64,000 nt of DNA, from contig OZ024741.1 of assembly GCA_964016885.1 (NCBI GenBank), positions 155,992,001 through 156,056,000 of the forward strand. Reading direction: 5' to 3'. The notes under the pieces were generated by a model, which did no database searches, was not told the DNA's origin, and saw only the letters and a program-made list of their open reading frames with translations. Position numbers and translations under genes: made by a program. Positions 51,440-64,000 of the stretch are shown here, one piece after another (the stretch's first letter is position 1; each line of letters starts with the position of its first letter). Source of the DNA: Eledone cirrhosa (lineage: Eukaryota).

Positions 51440-52045
51440 ACAACAAAGCCGAAGTAAAAGAATAAAAGAATTATATATTCCCCCAGCATTATCGCAGTAT
51501 AATTACAGAAACCAGTAAAAAAAAAACACAAAAAAACCCAGAAATGTGTATATTTTGCCCTAGCATGACCGCTCTCTAATGACTAAAACCAGTAAAAGAA
51601 CAGGAGAATGAAACATATAAAAGAACAACCTCTTCATAAATATTTCGTCACTGGTCCGGGTCGGTGGAAGCATTTCTGCATTGGGACGGCAAATTTGGAC
51701 AATTTAGTTGTAGTGATTAATTTAGCTCTCTGCACACAAAAATGGTCAGAAAACTTAAATATGCGATAAACATAACATGTACATAAATTGTAGCGCATGT
51801 GCAAATAAATGTGTGTATTGGTGGTGTGGGGAGAACATATAATTATTGAAGGGAGGCGTGCCCTCCAATCCATTTCCAGCGACACTGTATATAATTTAAA
51901 AAAAACAATTAAGATCTGTGCCCTTTCCTAAGGGGTTAATATAACGAGCTTCTTCACATTTGGTAAGAAACACACACACACACACGCACACACACACACA
52001 CACACACGCACGCACGCACGCACGCACGCACACACACACAAACAA

Positions 52046-52103
<58 letters not shown>

Positions 52104-52254
52104 GTATCCACTGTAAGTTGTGGGGTCTATTCTGCATGAAGAACTCGATGTAATCCATATGTTGAAAATGTTGTAGGTTAAGATAAATCTCAGAAAACAA
52201 TAAAACATTTAAAGGAAAACAGAGTCATGATATATATATATATATATAAATATA

Positions 52255-52947
52255 TACAAATATAAATTACCGAGAATTGTATTTCGGCTTTGGAATTAGC
52301 GAAAATCAACTTCCGAGATGTGTGGCAAGCGTTCAATAACATGTACGTTAAAGGCCAAACACACTGAAACGATGGTTAAACCGTCATCCGCACAGCCATA
52401 GAAACGAGCAAGTAATTTGCGTCAAACAAATAAAAAAATATATGTGATTGAAAAATTTACCCGGACCCCTGGATGGTTGGTAAAATCCAGCATTTGCGTT
52501 TCTGCGACTCCTAAATCAAGTACTGTCCGCTTAGACAAATAATGTTAGGCTTCTGGTAAGATGATTGAACAAGGAAGTCACTTTCTCAACAGGTTTTAGT
52601 TCAAGTGCCAGGCAAAGGAATTACCGTTACCGATACCCACGTGGGGCTCGACAAGGGAGGCAACCCTTATTTTTGGCGGATGAAATTAAGTATGTGTATA
52701 TAATTGCAAAAATGCAAAATATTACAAAACGAATTAAGCTCTCAACAGAGTGGTTATAAGTTAACAAAAGCTATTCATCAGTCAATAGAATCAACTAAAA
52801 AAATCAAGAAAATTAACAGGTCAATAGCTAGACTCTGGAGATTAATACAAATATAAATTAGCGAGAATCGTATTTCGGCTTTGGAATTAGCGAAAAACAA
52901 CTTCCGAGATGTGTGGCAAGCGCTCAATAATTCTGACGAACCAGAGC

Positions 52948-52950
<3 letters not shown>
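52255..52950. mobile_element. ORF-less element with ~85-bp direct repeats (period 591 bp) between (TA)n tracts
   Basis: tacaaatataaatta.cgagaat.gtatttcggctttggaattagcg... at 52255 and 52846. A diverged relative lies at ~6175-6500. Confidence 0.65.
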
Positions 52951-53026
<76 letters not shown>

Positions 53027-53359
53027 TCCAGAGTAAGAAGGCTTAGCCATAATATATAAATATTTAACCTCCACTTAGGTATTGAGTTCTTATTTCCGTC
53101 AATAAATTACGAACTCTCAGATGTTGAATAATCGTCCCCACCTCCCGATTATTAATTTTTCAGACCCTCACCGCTTATTAACTTTTCCTAATCTATCTCC
53201 GGCGAAATTTTATTGTAAGTGATTCATATTGATACAGCAGCTGCGGAATTTAATGATAATCTTATTTTTTTTATTAAAAACACATAATATATTAAGAAAG
53301 AAGAAAATTACAAGAAATCCGATATTTACAAAAGTACACTGTACAATTAGAGATTTCAC

Positions 53360-54200
53360 AAGTACCTCCTCCGCCTCTATTATCCCACTCTCTATATCTA
53401 AGACTAATACACTCTCTATCAATATCTACACTTATCTCTCCCAATCCTCCTCTGTATATCAATCACTCCTAAACTCTCACACTCTCTATATCTACTATAC
53501 AGCACTCTCCCACTATCCCTCTCTGTATACGTACAGCCAACAAGTTCTCCCCCTCTCTATATCTGCAACATGGTACTCTCTTCCAATCCGCATCTATATA
53601 TCAACTGAAACCAACCCCCTCCCTATATCTAATAAACAGAACCCAATTCCTATCCCCCTCTCAATATCAATTAACACCAAACTCTCTCCCCTCTCTATAT
53701 CTACTAAACGGATCACTCTTCTAATGCCCCTCTCTATATCAATAAACATCAATCTGTCCCCTCTTTATATCTGATATACAACACACTCCCCCCCAAACCC
53801 CACTACATCAATTACCACCAAACAATCTCCCTCTCTATATCTACCATACAACACTCTCTCTCATTCCCTCTCACTTTATCCATCACTACTAACCTCCCAC
53901 CCCCTCTATATCTACCATATAACACTCTCTCTCAATGCCTCTCACTCTATCCATCACTATCAAACTATCCTCCTCTCTACAACTACCATACATCAATCTC
54001 TCGCATTCCCTCTCACTATTACTACCAAACTAACCCTTTCTCTATATCTATCAATACCTATCTCTATCAATCTCCCCACTCTATTCATTAATGCCAAACT
54101 GTCCGCCTCGATACATCAGCCATACAACACTCTTTCCAAATTTCCCCTCTTTATCAATTGACACCAAACTTTCCCTTTCTCTATATCTGCTACACCCAAC
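53360..54200. repeat. Degenerate C/T-rich tandem array (ctctctatatct-like units)
   Basis: Recurrent ccctctctatatctac motifs. Confidence 0.75.
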
Positions 54201-54926
54201 CAGCTCATCAACAGCAGAACTGAAACAGCGATAAATTGTACACATCGCTTTAAAATATCCTTCTTCAGATGGGTTAAGGATGAGGAGTGAAACCGTGTAG
54301 CGGATCTCCCTGCAACAAGTTTTAACTCCCCGGCAGGCAGGCGCTGCAAAATAACACCCAGGAAACTAACCATGCATACAAGACCCAGCCTCAAACGACC
54401 CAGGCAAACAGGTGCGGAAAAACAAACGTCTCAAAATAAGCGTTGATTACATGACACTGTGCGTATCGACAATGGTAAGGTTGTAACCACATCTTGTAAC
54501 GGATAAAAAATTTGTCCGGGAAAGACTGCCCTAACACCGGCCAGAGTTACCTCCCTTGACCTGCTGCAAAATCAAAACACGCTATTTTTGGGAGCAATGA
54601 ATCTTGACGTGAACCTAAGCCAAAAAACTCTTTCCGAGCAATGTAAGGAACACTTTCGGTTATTTATGCCCTTAAGAAGCCCAACCTGGCGGAACGTACG
54701 TAGGTGCTGTTTTAAATAAACATGTATTAACGGTCTGTTCTCCGATTTATTACTTTCCCACGTGCTTACGCTCTGCTAACTTTCTAGCCCACTAAATATT
54801 AACACTTCGAATATTTAATACTGCCGGCACTAGTATCGAGCAACTTTGGCATACGCTACTTGGCAAATAACTATGTGTATCACCTATCCTCCCCTTTTTT
54901 TTCGTTCTCTCGATACGTAAATACTG

Positions 54927-54999
<73 letters not shown>

Positions 55000-55742
55000 G
55001 CATGCATACATACGTACATTCATATACATAATTAGAGAAAGAAGGGATGGCGATATTTGAAGGACTGTTTTGTCTATGAACTTAGATATATCTAAGTTGC
55101 ATCGATATCTGAGTGCATGTGTATATGGAGAAAAACTATAATTGTGGGTGGTTATCTGCGGGCATAGATGCCCATGCAGATGCTATGTAACATCGCCAAA
55201 TTAAATACAAACAACTCCTTTTCGTGCATATAAATATATAATATATATATATATTATATATATATATATAATATATATATATATGTATATATATATATGT
55301 ATATATATATGTGTGTGTGTGTTTGTGTATGTGCGTAATCGTGTAAACGTGAATATATTTCTTTATTTCTTTATTTATATTTATATTCGTTAATTTTGTT
55401 TTTGTTTTTAAAGGTTTTTTCTTGTAATGATCGAATAGGTGATTACGTTGAATGCTAGGTCTGTGTTTGGTAATTCTATATGGTTGTTTATGTTTTGCTG
55501 GTTCGTCCACAGATTTTGTGTACATTTTGTTGTGTTAACACTGGTTTGAGAATCAGGCAGACCTGGAGTCTGTTTTGGGGGTGCCATCGCAGATCACGAG
55601 CAGCTGTAACATTTGTAACCTGGATTAAGCAATAAATCTCCAATGTAACATCCCCACTTTGTTCTTATTGTATACACTCTGCTCTGCATCGAGTGCTGAC
55701 TTTGGTTCTCTCACAAGTTTTCTTCAGATTTACTGAACCTTC

Positions 55743-56395
<653 letters not shown>

Positions 56396-56450
56396 ATACA
56401 TATATATATGTGTGTGTGTGTGTGTGTTACTGTGTGTATATATATATATA

Positions 56451-56905
56451 ATTTAAAAGCGAAGTTAAAGGCTCACATTAATACTCTATAATTTAATGAG
56501 TTCAAGGGATAGATTCCCGGCTCGTTATAAATCAACATATAGAGAGAAGTACACATATAGATATGTGTTCAATCATGGGGGATCAAAAACCACCAGAGTG
56601 ACGAACATATTACCTACGAAAGCAATGGTGAATACAAATCAATTAAAAGAATATATTAAAGTGTACTAACCATCTAATTATAACTATAACACCCGGACAT
56701 GCTCAAATTAGAGTATGTTTCACCATTCCTTCCGTAGTTCATCATCATTCATTCGTCGACTACTGTCGAGATGACGGATCTCACTCTCATGCCCCAGAAT
56801 TCAGGAACCCCGGTGCAGTTAGTTAATATATTCGTCACCCTGGTGATTTTTGATCCCCTATGATTGAACACATATATCTATGTGTACTTTTCTCTATATG
56901 CTGAT
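56451..56905 (-). mobile_element. ~455-bp ORF-less inverted-arm element with disrupted hammerhead-like motif
   Basis: 56535-56612 is mirrored by 56824-56903. GAAA-catactc(taattt)gagcatg-TC on the minus strand. Confidence 0.68.
56739..56800 (-). mobile_element. Tiny RTE 3'-end insertion
   Basis: tcatcatca...tcgtcgactactgtcgagatgacggatctcactctcatgccccagaat matches 62075-62140. Confidence 0.85.
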
Positions 56906-57122
56906 ATACACACACACAGGCACACACACACGAAAACACACACACACACGCACACACACACACACAAACACACACACATATATATATTTTATATGTATAT
57001 ATATATATACTTGTAATCGGTTTCCTTTATTTCAGTTTACAAATATTAATGAAACATGTATTTGTAATGAAATAAATGCCTATCCCCATTTAGATTGAAC
57101 CGTATATTCGTGTAACTCTTTA

Positions 57123-57200
<78 letters not shown>

Positions 57201-57445
57201 TATAAATATATATATACATATATACATATATATATAATCATATATATATATATACACACATATATATATAAACTGCCAATACTGGAATTGAACCATCAAG
57301 ACCGTTGAGGTATGTCATACATCAATTCATGTATTTTATTTGACGAAGACGTACTGAAAAAACAGCACAGTACCTTCGAAATATATATAATAAAACATAT
57401 AGTTTGATTATGTGCATGTCTTCATTTATTAATATTTTGAATAAT

Positions 57446-57488
<43 letters not shown>

Positions 57489-57511
57489 CATATATATATA
57501 TATATATATAT

Positions 57512-57588
<77 letters not shown>

Positions 57589-57591
57589 TAA

Positions 57592-57728
57592 AGTTATATA
57601 TAATCATATATGCATATGTATGTATTTGATACACGTCTGGTGTATATATGTATATATATATATATATAGTTATATATAATCATATATGCATATGTAAGCA
57701 TTTGATACACGTATGGTATGTATATATG

Positions 57729-57745
<17 letters not shown>
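57592..57745. repeat. ~76-bp tandem duplication within TA-rich tract
   Basis: agttatatataatcatatatgcatatgta..atttgatacacgt occurs twice. Confidence 0.8.
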
Positions 57746-57761
<16 letters not shown>

Positions 57762-57762
<1 letters not shown>

Positions 57763-59562
57763 GTGGTAGAACACTGGAAGGTAATATCCGTAGTGGTAGA
57801 GCCCTCAGTCCAAGGGACGAGTTAGGTAGAAGTGGTTACACAACAGTTAGTTCACCATACCGAGAACAATTGTTTCATCTTCGGGGATCTTCAGCTCGGG
57901 GTGTATATGGTTATAGGAACAGGAAGGACAACCGTACGAACGCGTATGCGCAGAAACTCGGTCACTTCACACAGGCACTAGTAGACTGCCTGCAGGGGGT
58001 GTAAGTGAGATAGCTGCGAAAGTCCGGAAAGTTTTTTGGTTGTAAATAAAATTAAAAAAATTAAAAATAAAATTACAAAGAATCAGTCCGGAGCCTTGTA
58101 GTTATGCAATAGATGTTTGGTGACGTGTGGACAACGTGTGAAAAATTCACTCTCGTGTTTAGGCAATCACTATTGCGTAATCTCTTTAGGATAGTTATTG
58201 GTTCGTCAATACATAAGCCACACGTCGGATTTCCCCTTGCGTATGGCTTGGACATAGTGATGGCTTTCCATTGAATGGGGTACCCTATACTTGAGTCCTT
58301 GAGGGACCATACGTCGCTCGCGAGTTTCGTGGATGAACGTCTGTCCGGGTATCTGAAGGTAGACTGGTGGTTCAGGAAACGCTCCTTGAATCGGCCCTCC
58401 GCCATGCCCACATAGGATTTGACCTCCTGTGGTTCGTTTTTGTCTGTTGGAAGTGACCACAGCTTCATAGATTACAGCTGGTGTGTTGCATTGTTGTTGA
58501 AGGGGGCCAGCTTCAGGCTTACGGCAAGAGCACCCTGGTGGGGTGTTGCTCCTAGGCTGCTGGTGATGTGGGCCTTCATGTTCTTGGCGCAGGAGTATCC
58601 TAGTTTAACTTTGTGTCGGTTAAAGATGGAGCGGTATTTATGACCTATGGGGAAGTGTCTATCTAAGCGGGCTAGAAATTGTTTTCCTACATTGGTTTTA
58701 ACGTTGAGTGAGAAGGGAGGAGAGAACCAGATAGTTTGTCTATTGATGCGCTTACTTTTTTTAATGGTGTTTTGCTAGTGGGAGAGTAGGTGATAGGTTG
58801 TGAGAAGCCGCTGTTAGCCAACGCCGTGTTATAGTAGGGTGCCGCCCTGTCAAAGATAGCTTATTAGAGGAGAGGTTTGAGATTCTAGTACTGATATTCT
58901 TAACGAAGTTTCTAAAAACTGTAGCAGGGTGGCATGAGTCCTTGTGAATGTAATTAAGTTTCTCGTTTAGCTTATGGAAGGGTCTATGGGTGTGTGTGCG
59001 AAGGTTTAAATTAATGTCTAATAAATCCACGCTAGAGAGGTTGGTGGCTACTGTTATCCTAAGGCCTAACTCATTGAAGGTAGAAGCTAAGTCTTTTTTA
59101 AAACGGTCGAGGTCGTGACCACTTTTATGGCTCGATAACGTCAGTCCATCGTCACGGTATATTCCCGTGTGGAAGTCCGGGAATCTAACACGTAATATGT
59201 CTAAGATAAAAAGGCCAACCAAGTCACATACGTCAGCACTGTCAAACGATCCCATGGAGACGTCAAACAGGTCTGAAGATGTAGACTTCTTTGCCCAGGC
59301 TAATCCGTCGTTGAAGAGGATGGTTTTCCGGCAGTGAGCGATGATTTCCCTGTCTAAACCATCGACGGTGGTATAAGTGGTAGCGAAGTCCAACGCTTTG
59401 TTTAACAGGGTCTCTTAGTTCGACGGGTAAAAATCGACAATGTCAAACTGTGTGAACTTCGTTTTTTGGGGATTTTAAGCAGTTAAACGACTTAATTACG
59501 AAGTCGCTGTTCTCCCACTGGGGCAGGTTGGACTTGGTCCTAATGGTCTTAACTATGTTTCT
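57762..59562 (-). mobile_element. Penelope-like element, YRDD-type (Hydra-clade-like), 5'-truncated, frameshifted
   Basis: RT FDVSMGSFDSADVCDLVGL, GIYRDDGL, SCHP. EN YVGMAEGRFKERFLNH...CGLC...LN. (TA)n at both ends. Confidence 0.9.
57860..57899 (-). ncRNA. Minimal type I hammerhead ribozyme in PLE 3' pseudo-LTR
   Basis: ccgag-CTGAAGA-tccccgaagat-GAAA-caattg-TT-ctcgg, with palindromic ACAATTGT. Stem II is weak. Confidence 0.7.
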
Positions 59563-59853
59563 AAATATATATATAGATGGTTTTAAAATGTTCCGTGTAT
59601 TTTATTTTGCGCATTTCAAAATCAAACATCATATAGGGATGATATTTGCGTTCTCATCAGATAAAATAGGGCGACATGATATGAAGCTTAAAAAAGACAC
59701 TTGGGAGCAAGGTAGTGTCTAAACAACATATGATAAATAATTTTAAAAGTATATAGGAGATTAGAAAAAACGAAAGGAAGGGGAGAAGGGCAAGGAAGAT
59801 GAAGAAAGGAAAAAGAAAAAAGAAGGAAAGGATAACGGAGGAAGATTATAAGA

Positions 59854-59897
<44 letters not shown>

Positions 59898-60063
59898 AAG
59901 AGGGAGAGATAAACATTTAAACTGAGAAACGCTGTCTCACACAGAGAGATGACTGAGAAAAAGGTTGTAAATATTTAAATAAATAAAGTAAATTAATAAG
60001 ATTTTAAATTGAAAAGTTAATGAGGTTTATGGATGATGATGCTTATGATTACAGATATAGAAA

Positions 60064-60258
60064 TTGGTGGATTGGCAGTATCGGTAGAGGGTCGGACGCC
60101 ATGCTTTGACGCATAGAGTTACGGCCCTTGCCATTCTGAGTTCAAATCCCGCGGAGATTAACTTTGCCTTTCATCCTTACGGGGTCGATAAAATAAAGTA
60201 CCAGTAATACACTGGGTAATTGCTGGCCTTGTGCTAAAAGTAGAAACAATTATTTATT
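60064..60258 (+). mobile_element. tRNA-derived SINE nested in PLE
   Basis: Full match to the SINE family. Confidence 0.9.
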
Positions 60259-61796
60259 TAGGGTTTAAATAGTGAAGGATTTATTAAGAAGTGCAAAAAT
60301 TTATTAAATAAGTTTTATTAAGATAAAATAAAGTAAAATAAGGTGAATGAAAATAAAGTTAGATGATTTATAAGCATAGAAGACGATATAGGGTCCTAGT
60401 TTGTTTCAATAGATTGTAATATAAAAAGTAATTATTTAAGTTTATACAAGAGAGAAAAACGAAAAAAAACGAGGAAGAAAAAAACATTACGTCAAAAGTT
60501 TCTTTACAAAATTCACCTAATGCTAATATTAATAGATTTGAAGTAAAAAATTTGGAGATATAGCTACTAAAAAGTAATGTTGAGAAAAAATGATATAAAG
60601 ATGAACTATTTAAAAGAAAAATTTTGTATCGCCTAGAAGAAATTTGCTATAGTCAATTAAAGGGTTAAAAATTACGAAAATTATTAAAAGAAATTAAAAA
60701 AATTAAATAATTAGGGGACCAAAAATGTTATAGTATGAATGAACTTTTGTAGAATGCACTGAAATATGGTAGAAAAATGGGTATATGCGTAAAAGAAAAA
60801 TATTTGTGTGAGAAAAAGATTTTAATCCTAATTATAGAGTAAGATATTAGCTATATACTTTGTGAAATGACCTAATCGATTTATGGATACAAAGCGAAAA
60901 TAAATCTGTGCGTCTATTTATTATAGAAGAGATAATGGTAAATTTTTCCGCTAGGCATAAATTACAAGTTCTGGATAGGGAAGCATTAAAATAAGGAGAA
61001 GCGTTGCACACTTTTCTCCAAGAAATTTTGTAATTAATGTGTTTTTCTTTTAAGGACCAGATGAGTTCTGAGAGAGCAGTGTTTGTTGTTTTACGTGGGT
61101 GTTTAAAAGATGGAGAATGGTTATATAATCTTGCCTTAAAGGAAGTAGAAGTAGATCCAAAGTAGGTGTAATAATTGGTGCTAGTTATCACCTTCCATTC
61201 GTATACTAAATTCTTGTCGAGACAGTGATTATTAAGAGGACATTTAGTTCTAATCAGGCAATTGCATTTACGATTAATATTATTAATAGAGATATTTGCA
61301 AGAGCCCAGAGTTATTTATAGAAGAAATTGTATTGGAGAAATTACCTACAATAGGTGCTAATGTTTCCTGATTTAGATTAGTATTAGGAGCATTCAACGA
61401 AATTAAGTTTGACGTCGTATTTGACTTTAAGGAGACTTGTCTAGACTTTACATCATTAACTTTTAAATTTAAAATCTTATTAATTTATTTAATTTATTTA
61501 AAAATTTTACAACCGTTTTTTCAGTCATCTCTGTGTGAGACAGCGTTTCTCAATTTAAATGGTTATCACTCTCTCTTTTCTCTCCTCTCTCTTTCTCTCT
61601 CCTTCCTCCTTCTTATAATCTTCCTCCGTTATCCTTTCCTTCTTTTTTCTTTTTCCTTTCTTCATCTTCCTTGCCCTTCTCCCCTTCCTTTCCTTTTTTT
61701 CCAATCTCCTATATCCTTTTAAATTTATTTATCATATGTTGTTTAGACACTACCTTGCTCACAAGTGTCTTTTTTAAGCTTCATATCATGTCTCCC

Positions 61797-61867
61797 TATT
61801 TTATCTGATGAGAACGCAAATATCGTCCCTGGATGATATTTGTTTTTGAAATGCGCATAATAAAATA
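61797..61867 (+). ncRNA. Type I hammerhead ribozyme with long stem II and palindromic stem III
   Basis: tattttat-CTGATGA-gaacg-caaatatcgtcc(ct)ggatgatatttg-ttttt-GAAA-tgcgca-TA-ataaaata. The mirror copy at 59598-59668 (-) has a mutated cleavage triplet. Confidence 0.8.
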
Positions 61868-62001
61868 CATGGAACTTTTTTAACCATATTTTAATTTCTT
61901 CTAATATATTCTAATATATTCTAATATATTCCAATAAACTGTTGAGTGCTACTTATCCGATATTTGCATTGCTTTATTGTGCTACAATAAAACTCACCTC
62001 C

Positions 62002-62071
<70 letters not shown>

Positions 62072-62076
<5 letters not shown>

Positions 62077-64000
62077 TCATCATCATCATCACTCGTCGAC
62101 TGCTGTCTAGATGATGGATCTCACTCTCATGCCCCAGAATCCCCTGTCCTCCATCGCTGCCCCCATGTCCTGTCTGCTGATTCCCGTATCCCTAGAGATA
62201 ACGTCAGAGATTGACAGCTTCCTACTCCTAGTCAGGCTGGAGTCAGGGTTCCAGAGCGGATATGATTTCATTGCTGGTATGGTGACAGTGGCCAGCAAAT
62301 TGAGCTCTCCGGATTTTAGAAGGGCAGAGGCTCGAGGGAGTTTGCCATAGATTTTAGACAAGGTGGGATGTCGTTTCCAGGATAGGTTTTGCACTCTCAT
62401 TAAGAGTCGGGTATATGTGCCATCCAATCTCCTCTCAAGTTGTGATGTTAGTGTCCAAGTTTCGGATCCATAAAGTAATATGGGCTTAATGGTTGCTTGG
62501 AATATTTCCAGTTTTAGCTTGTTGGTAAGTTGAGATGTCCATATGGCGTGCATGTCATTGCACGCTGACCATGCCATACCCTTCCTGGTTAGAAAATCTT
62601 TTTTGGAGGAGGAAATATATGAGCCAAGATACTTGTAATCTTCCACCTGCTTAAGGGTGGTACCATTAAGGGTTCTGATGGGGAGTTTGGGCTGTTTGCG
62701 CATCTGTTCACACACTGGGTCTTGGATTCGTTGAGGTACAGTCCAACACAGTTGGACGCTTGCTCTAATGACTTCAAAAGACTCTCAGCATTTTCCAGTG
62801 ACCGACTGATCAATGCGATGTCGTCAGCAAAGTCGGTGTTGGTCAAGTATTTTGCTGGGTAGCGTGAGCTTCTAGGCTGTAGTTGGTATCCCTATCCTGA
62901 ATCCTATCCACAGACATGCGCAAAACATAATCCACAACAATGATAAATAGATACGGAGCAAGGGTATCGCCCTGTAAAATTCCAGCGAGGATTGAGAAAG
63001 GTGGTGTTTCTCCATCTGGGTTCAGGACAGTTGATTTGGTATCTGTATACATTACACGTATAGGCCGCGATGATTTTATCAGGAATCCCATAGAGTTGTA
63101 GAATTTCAAACATCCCCGACCTGTCAACTGAGTCGAAGGTTTTTGAGAAATCAACAAAGATGAGTGCAAGGTCTAGATTGCGGTTTTGGGGCTCCTCTAT
63201 AAGTCGGCGAAGGCAGAGAATCTGGCTAAGTGTTGATCTACCTCTCCTAAATCCATTCTGGTTGTTACGAAGGATTGGCTCAAGAAATGGGATTAAGCGG
63301 TTAAGAAGAAGCTTGTTGTATATTTTTGCAGCAATTGCCATGAGAGAAATTCCTCTATAGTTGGTGGCTAAAGAAAGATCTCCTTTTTTGGGCATGGGGA
63401 TAATTTGAGCTGCATGCCAGACACTAGGTGGTTTATTGGTCTCGAAAGTATGGTTACATAAGTTGAGCAAAAGGATGTGGAAATGCTCATCCTTCCAAAT
63501 CAGGGTATGTATATTATCCGGCCCAAAGGCTTTTGAGGCTTTCGGCTGTTTGATGGCTTCTTTGAGCTCAGGCATGGTGAAAGGAGAGGTGTTGATTCAT
63601 AAAGGCTCTGAAACCTGAACGGATGGCAGTTGATAGTTATCAGGGAGTTTGGCCTTTTCCCTAGAAGGTTTTTAAAATGAGCAGACCAATTTTCAAGACG
63701 TTTTTTGGCAGAGCGTCCCTTGATTCTAACTGCAGAGTTTGAGTTTTTGCCTGAAAGATCTTTGACAACATTCCAAGCAAGATGATGGTGTTTGCTGATG
63801 TGATATTGCGATAGCTGATCAATCCTACCTGAGATATAGTCGGCTTCAGCATTAAGATAAGCGTCGTCTAGTGATATTTTGGCCATGATAAGCTGTATCT
63901 TTTTCCCTTGAGATGGTGATTGATGGTGAGATTGGGATATTGACTTAAGATGGGCCCTTGCCTCAACTACCTTCTCTGAGGCACTAGGTTTCATTTGGCT
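62072..64000 (-). mobile_element. RTE-clade LINE 3' portion (RT), frameshifted, (TGA)n tail, runs off window end
   Basis: NYRGISL, QNGFRRGRST, FVDFSKTFDSV, LQGDTLAPYLF, DFADDIAL, YKYLGS, LLYGSETW. (atc)n at 62072-62091. Confidence 0.92.

Larger units (their letters stand above)
59576..61890 (-). mobile_element. Truncated PLE (EN remnant) with ~430-bp inverted pseudo-LTRs
   Basis: 59576-60015 is mirrored by ~61460-61888. EN fragment 60847-61270 reads CPLNNHC...YFGST...FKARLYNH...CNLCLAEK. Confidence 0.85.

Overview
AT-rich, repeat-saturated animal genomic DNA with no supportable host gene, rRNA or tRNA. The tRNA-headed Meta-domain SINE and the (TA)n-rich landscape suggest an octopod cephalopod, which is an inference from recall. 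All credible ORFs belong to retrotransposons: two near-identical Tx1/L1-clade LINEs at (ATT)n tracts, two young copies of one Penelope-like element (PLE) with inverted pseudo-LTRs, three YRDD-type (Hydra-clade-like) PLEs, and decayed CR1/L2-group, R4/Dong-like and RTE LINEs. About ten SINE copies are also present. Three hand-read patterns stand out. (1) At least nine recognisable hammerhead-ribozyme motifs occur, plus several decayed ones, and several lie in small ORF-less elements inside (TA)n tracts that copy the PLE 'tail + inverted or tandem arm' architecture. These are candidate non-autonomous PLE or retrozyme families, one with a full stem III hammerhead and one with a 453-bp tandem unit. 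(2) The SINE and the Tx1 LINE share a 3' end and an (ATT)n target, suggesting a Tx1-driven, microsatellite-targeted SINE. (3) Element classes appear partitioned by microsatellite type. Coordinates were read by eye and ends may be off by a few bases. Clade names come from motif recall, not database searches.
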